From contig NC_007614.1 of NCBI RefSeq assembly GCF_000196355.1, positions 3,000,001 to 3,032,000 of the forward strand: a DNA stretch of 32,000 nt, in the 5' to 3' direction. Below the pieces are notes generated by a model. The model was not told where the DNA came from, searched no databases, and worked only from the letters and a program-made list of their open reading frames with translations. The stretch comes from Nitrosospira multiformis ATCC 25196 (lineage in GTDB: Bacteria > Pseudomonadota > Gammaproteobacteria > Burkholderiales > Nitrosomonadaceae). Each line of letters begins with the position of its first letter. The stretch's first letter is position 1. This document shows, piece after piece, positions 18,464 to 27,398 of the stretch. The position numbers and the translations under genes are program-made.

Positions 18464-20840
18464 CTCGAGCGGGTTCCTTATCGGATTCAGGTGCCTCAAG
18501 CTGCGACTCGTCTTCCCGATACCCGAGACGGGCCCGTAACAGGTGTGCGGCTTCCACCATTTGCTTCAAGGCAGTCATGACTTCCCCCCATCCCCGCGTC
18601 TTCAGCCCGCAATCCGGGTTGACCCATAATTGGTCAGGGTCGATCACCCCGCAGGCTTTCTCCAGCAACTCCAGCATCTCCCGCGAACGGGGAATCCGCG
18701 GGGAGTGGATGTCATAGACGCCCGGCCCGATCTCGTTGGGATATTTGAAATGGCCGAATCCGTCCAGCAGCTCCATGCGTGAACGTGACGTTTCGATCGT
18801 GATTACATCTGCATCCATATCGGCAATGGCGGGAAGGATGTCATTGAATTCCGAGTAGCACATATGGGTGTGTATCTGGCTGTCATCCCTTACGCCCGAG
18901 CTGGCGACACGGAAGGCATGCACCGCCCATTCCAGGTATGCATTCCAATCTCGCTTTTTCAAGGGCAGGCCCTCGCGGAAAGCGGGCTCGTCGATCTGGA
19001 TAATCGCAATGCCCGCCTCTTCCAGATCCACAACCTCGTCCCGAATGGCAAGGGCGAGCTGCAGCGCGGTGACGGAGCGCGGCTGGTCATCACGCACGAA
19101 CGACCACATCAACATTGTAACGGGACCGGTCAGCATCCCCTTGACCGGCTTTCCCGTCTGGCTTTGCGCATATCGAATCCAGTCAGCCGTCATGGGCTCG
19201 GGACGGTAAATATCCCCGTAGAGAATCGGCGGTTTCACGCAGCGCGAGCCGTAGCTTTGCACCCATCCATTCTCCGTGAAGACATAACCCCATAGCTGTT
19301 CGCCAAAATACTCGACCATATCGTTGCGCTCGGCCTCGCCATGCACCAGTACATCGAGCCCGATTTCTTCCTGCTTTCTGATCGCCACTCGTATCTCGTC
19401 CCGCATCGCTTCAAGATATTGCAAATTGCCGAGCTCTCCTTTCCTGAAAGCCGCGCGCGCTTTGCGGATCTCCGCTGTCTGAGGAAATGACCCGATGGTT
19501 GTAGTAGGCAAAAGCGGAAGCTGTAGCCGCTCCCGTTGCAGTTTCTGCCTGACCTTGAACGGACTCTTGCGCCGGCCATCCTGTTCAGTCAGGCGATTCA
19601 GACGGTCCTGCACCACCGGGTTGTGGATGCGCGATGACTCCCGCCGAGCCTGCCTCGCTGCGGTGGAAGCATCCAATTGCTGGCGTATAGAATGTTCCCC
19701 CTGATTCAGCCCTTGCCCCAGGATGGAGACTTCTTTTAATTTCTGCACCGAGAAAGCCAGCCAGTTCCTTATTTCAGGCTCCAGACTGCTTTCCAGTTCC
19801 AGATCCACCGGACAATGCAGAAGCGAGCAACTCGGCGCAATCCACAGTCTTTCCCCGAGGAGGGCCTGGGCATGCGACAAAACCGCCAAGGTGGGAGCAA
19901 GGTCTGCCCGCCAGATGTTACGCCCATCGATAATGCCCAGGGACAGCACTCTTCCGGCCGGGTAGCCCTCCAGAAAAATACCGAGTTGACCAGGCGCCCG
20001 GCACAAATCGATATGGAGGCCTTCCACGGGTAGCTTCTTCAATCGCTCGGCATGATTGTTCACGCCATCGAAATAAGTCGCTAAAAGAATTTTAGGGAGC
20101 CGGGCAAGTGCCGAGGGGCCGTGGGCCTGTCCATCCGCCGGTTCCCGCAAACCGGCATAAGCCTGATCCAAACCCCGCAGCCAGTCCTCGTCCAGGTCGA
20201 GGGCCAGCACAGGTTCGTCGATCTGTACCCATTCCACGCCTAGCGACGCAAGCCGGACGAGAATATCGCGATATACCGGTAACAGTTGGGGTAACAAATC
20301 CAGGCGGCTGAATTCCTGCTCATTCTGCCGGGTGACCTCTTTTCCAAGATACAGGTAGGTCAACGGCCCGATCAAGACGGCTTTAGGCTTGATGCCGAGC
20401 GCCTGCACTTCGGCAACCTCCCTGAAGAGCTGCTCGGAACCTATACGAAAGCAGGTGTGGGCATCGAATTCCGGGACGATATAGTGATAGTTGGTGTCGA
20501 ACCATTTGGTCATCTCCATCGCAGGCTGATCGACAGTGCCACGCGCCATGGCGAAGTACAAGTCCAGCTCTGTTTTACCCTTGTCTGCTCCGAAGCGTGC
20601 AGGTATTGCACTCAGCAGTGCGGTCATGTTCAGCATCTGGTCATAAAGGGCGAAATCGCCTGCGGGAATGAGATCAATACCCTGCTCGCGCTGCAAAAGC
20701 CAGTGCCGCTTCCTCAATTCCGCTGCCGTGGTTTTGAGTTGCTCATCACCGATATCGCCGCGCCAGTATGCCTCAAGCGCGCGCTTCAGTTCCCGTTGCG
20801 CGCCAATACGCGGAAATCCCAGGTTATGTGTCAGTGCCAT
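18450..20840 (-). CDS. metE: Cobalamin-independent methionine synthase (5-methyltetrahydropteroyltriglutamate-homocysteine S-methyltransferase)
   Basis: 796 aa. It starts [26 protein letters not shown] and contains [26 protein letters not shown] and [11 protein letters not shown], which includes the Zn and homocysteine site. An acidic C-terminal tail runs into the glnD 3' end. Confidence 0.97.
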   Translation of the reverse strand: MALTHNLGFPRIGAQRELKRALEAYWRGDIGDEQLKTTAAELRKRHWLLQREQGIDLIPAGDFALYDQMLNMTALLSAIPARFGADKGKTELDLYFAMARGTVDQPAMEMTKWFDTNYHYIVPEFDAHTCFRIGSEQLFREVAEVQALGIKPKAVLIGPLTYLYLGKEVTRQNEQEFSRLDLLPQLLPVYRDILVRLASLGVEWVQIDEPVLALDLDEDWLRGLDQAYAGLREPADGQAHGPSALARLPKILLATYFDGVNNHAERLKKLPVEGLHIDLCRAPGQLGIFLEGYPAGRVLSLGIIDGRNIWRADLAPTLAVLSHAQALLGERLWIAPSCSLLHCPVDLELESSLEPEIRNWLAFSVQKLKEVSILGQGLNQGEHSIRQQLDASTAARQARRESSRIHNPVVQDRLNRLTEQDGRRKSPFKVRQKLQRERLQLPLLPTTTIGSFPQTAEIRKARAAFRKGELGNLQYLEAMRDEIRVAIRKQEEIGLDVLVHGEAERNDMVEYFGEQLWGYVFTENGWVQSYGSRCVKPPILYGDIYRPEPMTADWIRYAQSQTGKPVKGMLTGPVTMLMWSFVRDDQPRSVTALQLALAIRDEVVDLEEAGIAIIQIDEPAFREGLPLKKRDWNAYLEWAVHAFRVASSGVRDDSQIHTHMCYSEFNDILPAIADMDADVITIETSRSRMELLDGFGHFKYPNEIGPGVYDIHSPRIPRSREMLELLEKACGVIDPDQLWVNPDCGLKTRGWGEVMTALKQMVEAAHLLRARLGYREDESQLEAPESDKEPARVSAG

Positions 20841-20951
20841 TGGTCATTCTCCTCTATCGTTTGGTCCCACTTCAATTGCAGCTCTGTGGAGTGACTGACG
20901 ATTTTGTGGCAGACTTGGTTATGAATCAAATGAAATGTTGTAAAATATTAA

Positions 20952-20964
20952 TGAATAAAATTCA
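20952..20964. promoter_or_regulatory. Candidate MetR operator (TGAA-N5-TTCA)
   Basis: tgaataaaattca matches the enterobacterial MetR consensus TGAANNNNNTTCA exactly. It lies in the 135-bp metE-metR divergent region. A half-site-rich stretch, atgaatcaaatgaaatg, is at 20921-20937. Confidence 0.5.
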
Positions 20965-20975
20965 TAAATTTCTAT

Positions 20976-21917
20976 GTGACGATGACTTCCCTGCTTGAAC
21001 TTCGGCACCTCCGCACTCTCGCAGCCTTGGATGAAACAGGCAGCGTCTCGCGGGCGGCAAAACGCGTGCACCTGACCCAATCGGCATTGTCGCACCAAAT
21101 CAAAGCGTTGCAGAACCATTACGGCTTGCCGATATTGCGCCGCCAGGGGCAAAGCATCGAACTGACTGAAGCGGGACAGCATCTGGTCACGTTGGCGCGC
21201 AAGGTACTCGAGGAAATACAGGCGACTGAACGAAATCTTGCCAAAATGTCGGAGCATGCCTCAGGTAGCTTGCGCATCGTACTGGAGTGCCACACCTGCT
21301 TCGACTGGCTGATGCCGCTGATGGACGCATTCCGCCAGAACTGGCCGGAGGTCGAACTCGATCTGGTTTCGGGATTTCACAGCGATCCCCTTCAGCTTCT
21401 GGAGGAAGGCGGGGCAGATGTAGTGATCGGATCGGAGCAGACTGAGCGACGCAGCATCGTTCACCACCCGCTCTTCCGCTTCGAAATTCTTGCGGTGCTG
21501 GCGCCGGAACACCCGTTACGCGCGAAGAAAATCCTGCATGCACGCGACTTCGCCGGCGAGACGCTGATCACCTATCCCGTGCCGGAAGAGCGTATCGATC
21601 TTATTCGCAACGTGCTGAAACCGGCAGGCGTTCAACCCGAGCGGCGCACAGCCGAGCTTACCGTGGCGATCCTGCAACTGGTCGCCAGCCGACGGGGTAT
21701 TGCCGCGCTGCCCAGCTGGGGACTTAAAAACTATGTCGAGCACGATTATGTAATCGCGCGACGCATTGGTCCGCAAGGACTGTGGAGTGACTTGTACGTA
21801 TCAACGCTGGCGGAAACCGCCACCCGGCCCTATCTGCGCGATTTTCTGGTTACTGCAAGGAATACGTGCTTCGCAACGCTGGATGGAATCATTCCCCTGA
21901 AGTCGGCGGAGCAATAA
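20976..21917 (+). CDS. metR: LysR-family transcriptional activator MetR
   Basis: It has an HTH (LRTLAALDETGSVSRAAKRVHLTQSALSHQIKALQ). The effector domain is colinear with my recollection of E. coli MetR (LRI..ECH.C..WL.P....F...WP.VE.D, GIAALP.W, GLWS.LY). It is divergent from metE. The start is GTG 20976 or ATG 20982. Confidence 0.9.
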   Translation: MTMTSLLELRHLRTLAALDETGSVSRAAKRVHLTQSALSHQIKALQNHYGLPILRRQGQSIELTEAGQHLVTLARKVLEEIQATERNLAKMSEHASGSLRIVLECHTCFDWLMPLMDAFRQNWPEVELDLVSGFHSDPLQLLEEGGADVVIGSEQTERRSIVHHPLFRFEILAVLAPEHPLRAKKILHARDFAGETLITYPVPEERIDLIRNVLKPAGVQPERRTAELTVAILQLVASRRGIAALPSWGLKNYVEHDYVIARRIGPQGLWSDLYVSTLAETATRPYLRDFLVTARNTCFATLDGIIPLKSAEQ

Positions 21918-22033
21918 GCGCCCAACAGGTAGCAGACAGGAGAAACAGTGGAGAGAAGAAGTGAAGAAGAGGTATAAAGAGAAGGAGGCGGGATAGGCAG
22001 GCAAGTACAAACTGCCTCGGAGTGACCGGTAAA

Positions 22034-22066
22034 CTGGCAGGCCCCGAATGACGAAGGGCCTGCCAG
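22034..22066 (-). terminator. Strong hairpin (11-bp perfect stem), probable terminator for the CADD-like gene, possibly bidirectional with metR
   Basis: CTGGCAGGCCC (22034-22044), then an 11-nt loop, then GGGCCTGCCAG (22056-22066). On the minus strand it lies 24 nt after the stop at 22090 and is followed by TTTACC. The U-tract is short, so intrinsic termination is not certain. Confidence 0.5.
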
Positions 22067-22089
22067 ACAGAAGTTTCCCTGAAATTTCC

Positions 22090-22833
22090 TCAGTGCAGCG
22101 TGACCGGCTCCTCTTCTTCGCAGGCGAGATCGGCGCAATACTTCTCATAAACACCGTCCAGGAACCCCCACAACGCCTCGCATGCGCGCATGGTCGCGGC
22201 GAGCACCTCGGCCTGCTTCTCCGGGGTGTCGGCAAACCGCTCGATCAGCATCCATTCAGCCTGGGAATGATATACATCCGCTTCCTCATGAACACTGAAG
22301 AACTCGTAGCTTGAGGGATCGCTCATTCCATAATATTTCTCCAGTCCATCAATTTTTACCGAAGCGATGGACGGCACCTGCGATTCAAAGGCATGCAACG
22401 CGGCAAGACCTGCATAGAACGGCTGGTTCAGGCAGATGTCGCGGAAGGTGGAAACCAGCCGTGCGGTTCCGGGCAGGGCCGAGGCGCGTGCGAGATCCTT
22501 ATCGCTCGACCCCAAGGCAAGGGCGAAATTCTTCCACAAGGCCGGATGGTTCTTGTCGCCATGCTCTTCGCTGATGAGGTTGTTGAGCACTTCCTGGCGC
22601 ACACTGATGTCGCCGCTATTGTCTTCGCTATGAAAATGCGGTGTGTTGAAATGTACAGCGCTCAGATAAGTCGGTTCGGCCAGCACGTTGTGAAAATATT
22701 GTTCGGCATAACCGCGCAGCTGCTCCTTGGTGAGCTTGCCTGCCGTCCAGGCCTGATAAAAAGGATGCTTCAACAAGTGCTTCGCATCAATGATAGAATC
22801 AACTTTTTGCTTGAAAGATGAGTGGCTTGTCAT
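22090..22833 (-). CDS. CADD / NE1434-type heme-oxygenase-like di-metal protein (PqqC/TenA fold), probable PabABC-independent p-aminobenzoate synthase
   Basis: 247 aa. KHLLKHPFYQAWTAGKLTKEQLRGYAEQYF, NLISEEHGDKNHPALW, HAFESQVPSIASVKIDGLEKYYG and FFSVHEEADVYHSQ are colinear with my recollection of Chlamydia CT610 (CADD). The E-x-x-H and E-x-D-x-x-H metal-ligand pairs are present. A good SD (AGAGGAAAACC) precedes the ATG. Confidence 0.85.
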   Translation of the reverse strand: MTSHSSFKQKVDSIIDAKHLLKHPFYQAWTAGKLTKEQLRGYAEQYFHNVLAEPTYLSAVHFNTPHFHSEDNSGDISVRQEVLNNLISEEHGDKNHPALWKNFALALGSSDKDLARASALPGTARLVSTFRDICLNQPFYAGLAALHAFESQVPSIASVKIDGLEKYYGMSDPSSYEFFSVHEEADVYHSQAEWMLIERFADTPEKQAEVLAATMRACEALWGFLDGVYEKYCADLACEEEEPVTLH

Positions 22834-22892
22834 GGTTTTCCTCTAAAGCAGAGATGGTAATTCAGAGAATTTCCGGAGTAATCGGTTTGCAT

Positions 22893-22921
22893 ATCATCTA
22901 CAAATAACGCGCGTAAGTCAA
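22893..22921 (-). promoter_or_regulatory. Candidate sigma70 promoter for the CADD-like gene
   Basis: The minus strand reads TTGACT (22921..22916), a 17-nt spacer, then GATGAT (22898..22893), about 60 nt upstream of ATG 22833. This is a pattern match only. Confidence 0.3.
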
Positions 22922-23244
22922 ATTCGGTTCACTTTCTCGTACTGGAATCCGTCGATTTTTACCGTCTTTTGGCGTCGGAAAGAGCGTGATACCCCTACTC
23001 AGCATGGGGCATGATGGCTTGATCAAGGTGTCGGCTCCGTGGCTGTGGCTCCTGGAAATTCCTGAATAATGCGTGGCGCCCCGATACTTCAGAAGGAATC
23101 GAAAGTAAAGTGAATATGAGCGATTAAGAAAAGCTGATCAGCAAAACTGATGTGGTTAATTCAAGGAGCTACATGTAATAACCTGTATTTATTCCCGTCA
23201 GCCTATTTGATCTTCACGAACAAGTGCGACTGGCAGGACTCCTG

Positions 23245-24123
23245 CTAGATCAGGGCCTTCCCGATAGGGCGAGTGACCGCCGGTGCTGCGGTGAGAGTGC
23301 AGCCGACACTCGCCGAGATCATTGTTGCCACGGCCAGCCACTGAACCAGGGTCAGTTGTTCTCCTAAAATGAGATAGCCAGCGAGTGCGCCGATGGCAGG
23401 CGCGCTGCTGATGATGACCCCGAACATGCGACTGCTTAGTCTCTCCAAAGCCTTCATTTCCAGCATGTAGGGAATTGCGCTCGACAACAATGCCACCACA
23501 AGGCCGAGCCATAGTACCGGGCTAACAAGGAGTTTCTCTCCCGCCATCACTATCCCGAAAGGCAGCGTTACGGTGCAGGCAATCGACGTCCCGAGGGCCA
23601 CCGCCGTCTTGCTTCCCAGTTCGGATGCCCGTTTTCCAAACAGGATGTAAAGCGCCCAGCACCCGGCCGCGCCGAAGGCAAAAGCGATCCCGAAGGGATC
23701 CAGTCGGGCCTGACTGCCGGGCCAGGGCATCAGCATTAACAAGCTCATCACAGCAAGCGCGAACCAGAAGAAATCCCGGATCGAACGCGACGTCAGCAGG
23801 ACAACCGAAAGGGGGCCGCTAATCTCGATCGCGATGGCTACTCCGATGGGGAGGCGCTCGATTGCCAAGTAGATAAGGAGGTTCATACCTCCCAAGGCAA
23901 GCCCGTAGAGTGCAAGAAAGGTGGTTTGCCGCTTCGTGAAGGCAATCCCCCAGGGCCGTGATATCGCCAGCAGGACCAAAGCCGAAATGCCCGTCCTGAG
24001 CGCCGCAACCCCCTCGGGTCCAACCAGCGGAAAGAGGCTCTTTCCCAAAGCCGCTCCCAGATTGGTGGATAACTGAGCCACGACTATCGCCAGACCCGCA
24101 AAAGCTACTTTTTGATCCATCAT
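23245..24123 (-). CDS. rhtA: EamA/DMT-family exporter, RhtA-like (threonine/homoserine exporter type)
   Basis: It is a 10-TM DMT protein. LGKSLFPLVGPEGVAALRTGISALVLL, LGGMNLLIYLAIERLPIGVAIAIEISGPL and LSSAIPYMLEMKALERL are colinear with my recollection of E. coli RhtA. The track ORF runs to 24207, but ATG 24123 (MMDQKVAF) is the likely start. Confidence 0.8.
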   Translation of the reverse strand: MMDQKVAFAGLAIVVAQLSTNLGAALGKSLFPLVGPEGVAALRTGISALVLLAISRPWGIAFTKRQTTFLALYGLALGGMNLLIYLAIERLPIGVAIAIEISGPLSVVLLTSRSIRDFFWFALAVMSLLMLMPWPGSQARLDPFGIAFAFGAAGCWALYILFGKRASELGSKTAVALGTSIACTVTLPFGIVMAGEKLLVSPVLWLGLVVALLSSAIPYMLEMKALERLSSRMFGVIISSAPAIGALAGYLILGEQLTLVQWLAVATMISASVGCTLTAAPAVTRPIGKALI

Positions 24124-24333
24124 TGCTCTCAATGTTTCCCCGGAGCATACGCGTCTTATGTTGAACTGTGCCAGGATTGTCAGACTTGGCCTCCCCGCTT
24201 GCAACACCTTGCGCTAACCTCGAGATGACGAGATGTTTTGAGAAATCCTTGGATCCGGATGTCATCGAGGAATCGATGCATTTTGCCGGTTATCCCCGGT
24301 TGGGCTTCCGAATGGCGCGCCAAGGCGCGTTGC

Positions 24334-24342
24334 TGGTACAAT
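24334..24342 (+). promoter_or_regulatory. Candidate extended -10 element (TGgTACAAT) upstream of the yqaA-like gene
   Basis: tggtacaat matches TGnTAtAAT with one mismatch. It would give a leader of roughly 150 nt before ATG 24497. No good -35 is seen. This is a pattern match only. Confidence 0.3.
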
Positions 24343-24496
24343 CCTGATGAGCTATCAGGTGCAGGAGTCGTAATAAGGATTCCGCGCCTTTCACTCAGGC
24401 TACGCGCCTTCACTTTGCAAGCCTTTATCGGGCTGAAGATTTATTCAACGCTTTTCTTAGCTGAAACGCGGCTTTATTTTCTCAAGCAGGGTTGCC

Positions 24497-24919
24497 ATGG
24501 ATGAGCAATCGAGTCTGCTGGCGCTGTTCACCAGCAGCTTTCTTGCTGCCACGTTACTTCCGGGCGGCTCGGAAGCAGTACTATTTGGCGTGCTGACAGC
24601 CTACCCCGAGCTTTATTGGTCTGCTCTGGGACTTGCTTCAATTGGCAACACCATGGGAGGCATGAGTTCCTATGCGATAGGCCTCTTGCTGCCCGATGAG
24701 AAGTCTCTGCTTAAAAGATTGGGGGGGAGCACGCGGGGTTTGATCTGGGTGCGCAAATATGGCAGCCCGGTCCTGCTGCTCGCCTGGGTGCCTATCATCG
24801 GGGATGTGCTATGCGTGGCAGCGGGATGGCTTCGAATTAACTGGATATCGACCATGCTGTTCATGGCCGTGGGAAAGTTTGCCCGATACTGGGTCATCGC
24901 GGCTGCGATCAGCCTGTAG
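24497..24919 (+). CDS. yqaA: YqaA-family inner-membrane protein (DedA/SNARE-associated superfamily)
   Basis: 140 aa with 4 TM segments. LLPGGSEAVL, GNTMGGMSSY, YGSPVLLLAWVPIIGDVLCVAAGWLR match YqaA/COG1238 proteins by eye. Confidence 0.78.
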   Translation: MDEQSSLLALFTSSFLAATLLPGGSEAVLFGVLTAYPELYWSALGLASIGNTMGGMSSYAIGLLLPDEKSLLKRLGGSTRGLIWVRKYGSPVLLLAWVPIIGDVLCVAAGWLRINWISTMLFMAVGKFARYWVIAAAISL

Positions 24920-25049
24920 GCAATCTATGAACGATCTATGGTCGCTTCAGCCCCGCTTCCTGAGCTCCAAGCTTCGTTGATGGACTCAGGGGAGGTCATC
25001 GGACAGCATTCCCCCCGCCGATACCAATCAATCGATCAATTACCGGGAT

Positions 25050-25370
25050 TTACTTTGCTTCGGCACTTTCCAGCAGCTTTTGCAGCTCACCGCTCTGGTA
25101 CATTTCGGAAACAATGTCCGAGCCGCCGATAAACTCTCCATTGACATAGAGCTGCGGGATGGTAGGCCAGTTTGAGTAATCCTTGATGCCTTGGCGGAAT
25201 TCCGGTTCGGCGAGCACATCCACTGCGAAAAGATCATCCACGCCGCAAGCATTGAGGATTTTTACCGCATGGGCCGAAAAACCGCACTGCGGGGCTGCCG
25301 GCGAACCTTTCATGTAGAGCACCACGGGATGCGTGGTCACTTGTTGCTTGATGATTTCCTGCGTATCCAT
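25050..25370 (-). CDS. grxD: Monothiol glutaredoxin, Grx4 family
   Basis: 106 aa. It has [17 protein letters not shown] (the CGFS active site), [19 protein letters not shown], and GAGGAG as an SD upstream. Confidence 0.95.
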   Translation of the reverse strand: MDTQEIIKQQVTTHPVVLYMKGSPAAPQCGFSAHAVKILNACGVDDLFAVDVLAEPEFRQGIKDYSNWPTIPQLYVNGEFIGGSDIVSEMYQSGELQKLLESAEAK

Positions 25371-25449
25371 ATCTGACTCCTCAAAAAACGTTGGTTCGGA
25401 TTATCGGGGGAAAGCCCTCCAGGAGGAGGCAATTCTTCGATATATCGTA

Positions 25450-26310
25450 TTAATATCGCATTTTAGCAGCTTCTCCCGGGAAACTCCTAAACCATCCACC
25501 ACTTACCCGCATTATTCCAGCGAGATCGGGCTGGGAGAACACCTCCCTGAAACCCGCTTCCCTCAGGAGGCATCTGCAAGCTTCCGCCTGATCGTAACCG
25601 TGTTCCAGCAGCAGTGACCCCTCGGGCGCCAGATGAGCGGGAGCGGAATCAATGATCAACCGGATACAGCCAAGGCCTTCGCTTGGGGCCACGAGCGCGA
25701 TCTGGGGCTCGAAGCGCAGATCGCCCTGGGCCAGATGAGGATCGTCCCCCGCTATATAAGGCGGGTTGGAGACGATCAGATCGAAGCTTTCGCCAGCCAC
25801 TCCCTCAAACCAGTCTGCCTCGATAACACGCACATTATTCAGGCTGAAGCGGGCGGCGTTGGCGTTGGCAACGGCGACCGCGGCGGCTGAAACATCGACT
25901 GCGGTAACCTTTGCCAGCGGTCGATGTGTGGCCAGGGTCAGCGCGATAGCGCCGCTGCCCGTCCCCAGATCAAGTATCCTGCAGGGACGCTGCGGAGGAA
26001 TCCGCGCCAGCGCGAGATCGATCAATAATTCGGTTTCGGGTCGGGGAACGAGTACCGCAGGCGTGACGTTGAACTCGAGACTGTAGAACTCGCGCCTCCC
26101 CGTCAGATAAGCAACCGGTTCACCAAGGGTGCGCCGGCCTGTCAGCAGGTAAAACGCCTGCGCCTGCTCAGCGGTCAGTTTCTGCTCGGGATGAGCAAGA
26201 AGGTAAGCATGATTTACGTCGAGCACGTACTGCAACAGCATCCGCGCGTCGATATCGGCAATGTTCCGGCGGGCTTGTCCCAGCGCTTCGAAAATGGTGA
26301 GGGACGACAC
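25450..26310 (-). CDS. prmC: Release-factor glutamine N5-methyltransferase
   Basis: It has a SAM motif (ILDLGTGSGAIAL), the catalytic VSNPPYI, and LLLEHG. The track ORF starts at 26379 inside prfA. GTG 26310, 8 nt after the prfA TAG, gives ~287 aa, the normal PrmC size. Confidence 0.92.
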   Translation of the reverse strand: MSSLTIFEALGQARRNIADIDARMLLQYVLDVNHAYLLAHPEQKLTAEQAQAFYLLTGRRTLGEPVAYLTGRREFYSLEFNVTPAVLVPRPETELLIDLALARIPPQRPCRILDLGTGSGAIALTLATHRPLAKVTAVDVSAAAVAVANANAARFSLNNVRVIEADWFEGVAGESFDLIVSNPPYIAGDDPHLAQGDLRFEPQIALVAPSEGLGCIRLIIDSAPAHLAPEGSLLLEHGYDQAEACRCLLREAGFREVFSQPDLAGIMRVSGGWFRSFPGEAAKMRY

Positions 26311-26321
26311 CGGCCGGTAAT

Positions 26322-27398
26322 CTACTCCGCCATTGCCGCCAACTGCTCGGCCTGATGCTCGGCCAGCAGGGCCGAGCAAAGCTCGTTCAAATCCCCATCC
26401 ATGATCTGCTCGATCTTGTACAGCGTCAGATTGATGCGGTGATCCGTTATCCGCCCCTGGGGAAAATTGTAAGTGCGGATACGTCCTGAACGATTACCCG
26501 TGCCTACCAGCGACTTGCGCGTTGCCGCCTGTTTGCTTTGCTGCTCCTGCATCTGCTTGTCGCGGATGCGCGCAGCCAGCACGCTCATCGCCTGCGCCTT
26601 GTTTTTATGTTGGGAACGGCCATCCTGGCATTCGACCACGATTCCCGTCGGCAGGTGAGTGATGCGCACGGCAGAATCAGTCTTGTTGATATGCTGGCCT
26701 CCCGCCCCGGAAGCACGGAAAGTATCGATCCTCAGCTCGGCAGGATTGAGCGCGACATCCTCGATCTCGTCTGCCTCCGGCATCACCGCGACGGTGCAAG
26801 CGGAAGTATGGATACGTCCCTGCGTTTCGGTCGCTGGCACGCGCTGCACCCGGTGCCCACCCGATTCAAACTTGAGTTTGGAATAGGCGCCTTCACCGCT
26901 GATCTTGGCAATGATTTCCTTATATCCGCCGACGTCGGACGGGCTTTGCGAAATGATTTCCACCTGCCAGCGCTGGCGTTCAGCAAAGCGTGCATACATG
27001 CGGAACAGGTCCGCCGCAAACAGCGCGGACTCGTCTCCTCCGGTACCGGCCCGGATCTCCAGAAAAATATTGCGCTCATCGTTCGGGTCTTTGGGCAGCA
27101 ATTGCTTCTGCAATTCCGCGCCATAACGCACCAGCCTCTCTTTGGCATCCCGTATCTCGGCATCGGCAAACTCGCGCATTTCCGCCTCGGCAGCCATCTC
27201 CTGCGCGGTATGAATATCCTGCTCGCTTTGCAGATAAGCGTTATACAGGTCGACCACGGGGGCAATCTCCGCACGTTCGCGCGTCAGCTTGCGGTATTGA
27301 TCGAGATTGACCGTGATGCTTTCGCTGCTCAGCAGACGATTCAACTCCTCCAGGCGCACGCTGAGTTGCGTGAGCTTGGCAGTCATACTTTTGTTCAT
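26322..27398 (-). CDS. prfA: Peptide chain release factor 1
   Basis: 358 aa. It has the PAT tripeptide anticodon context ([14 protein letters not shown]) and the GGQ motif ([23 protein letters not shown]). Its start overlaps the hemA stop (ATGA). Confidence 0.97.

Noticed and set aside
23163-23181. SD-like AAGGAG followed by ATG-TAA-TAA (a start-stop mini-ORF) on the plus strand
   Set aside because: The SD-ATG spacing is only 4 nt, and nothing lies downstream on that strand for it to regulate because it points into the 3' end of the minus-strand rhtA-like gene. It is most likely chance in AT-rich DNA.
24343-24359. CTGATGAG string resembling the hammerhead ribozyme core
   Set aside because: There is no downstream GAAA core element, no stem III and no cleavage-site context. 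The string simply forms one arm and loop of a 6-bp hairpin.
24180-24504. Track ORFs 24180-24413 (-) and 24238-24504 (+) in the rhtA/yqaA intergenic region, and 9429-9719 (+) and 14685-14960 (-) in other gaps
   Set aside because: Their translations are Arg/Ser/Cys/Trp-rich with no SD. They mutually overlap or run into neighbouring genes in the wrong frame, so I cannot support them as genes.
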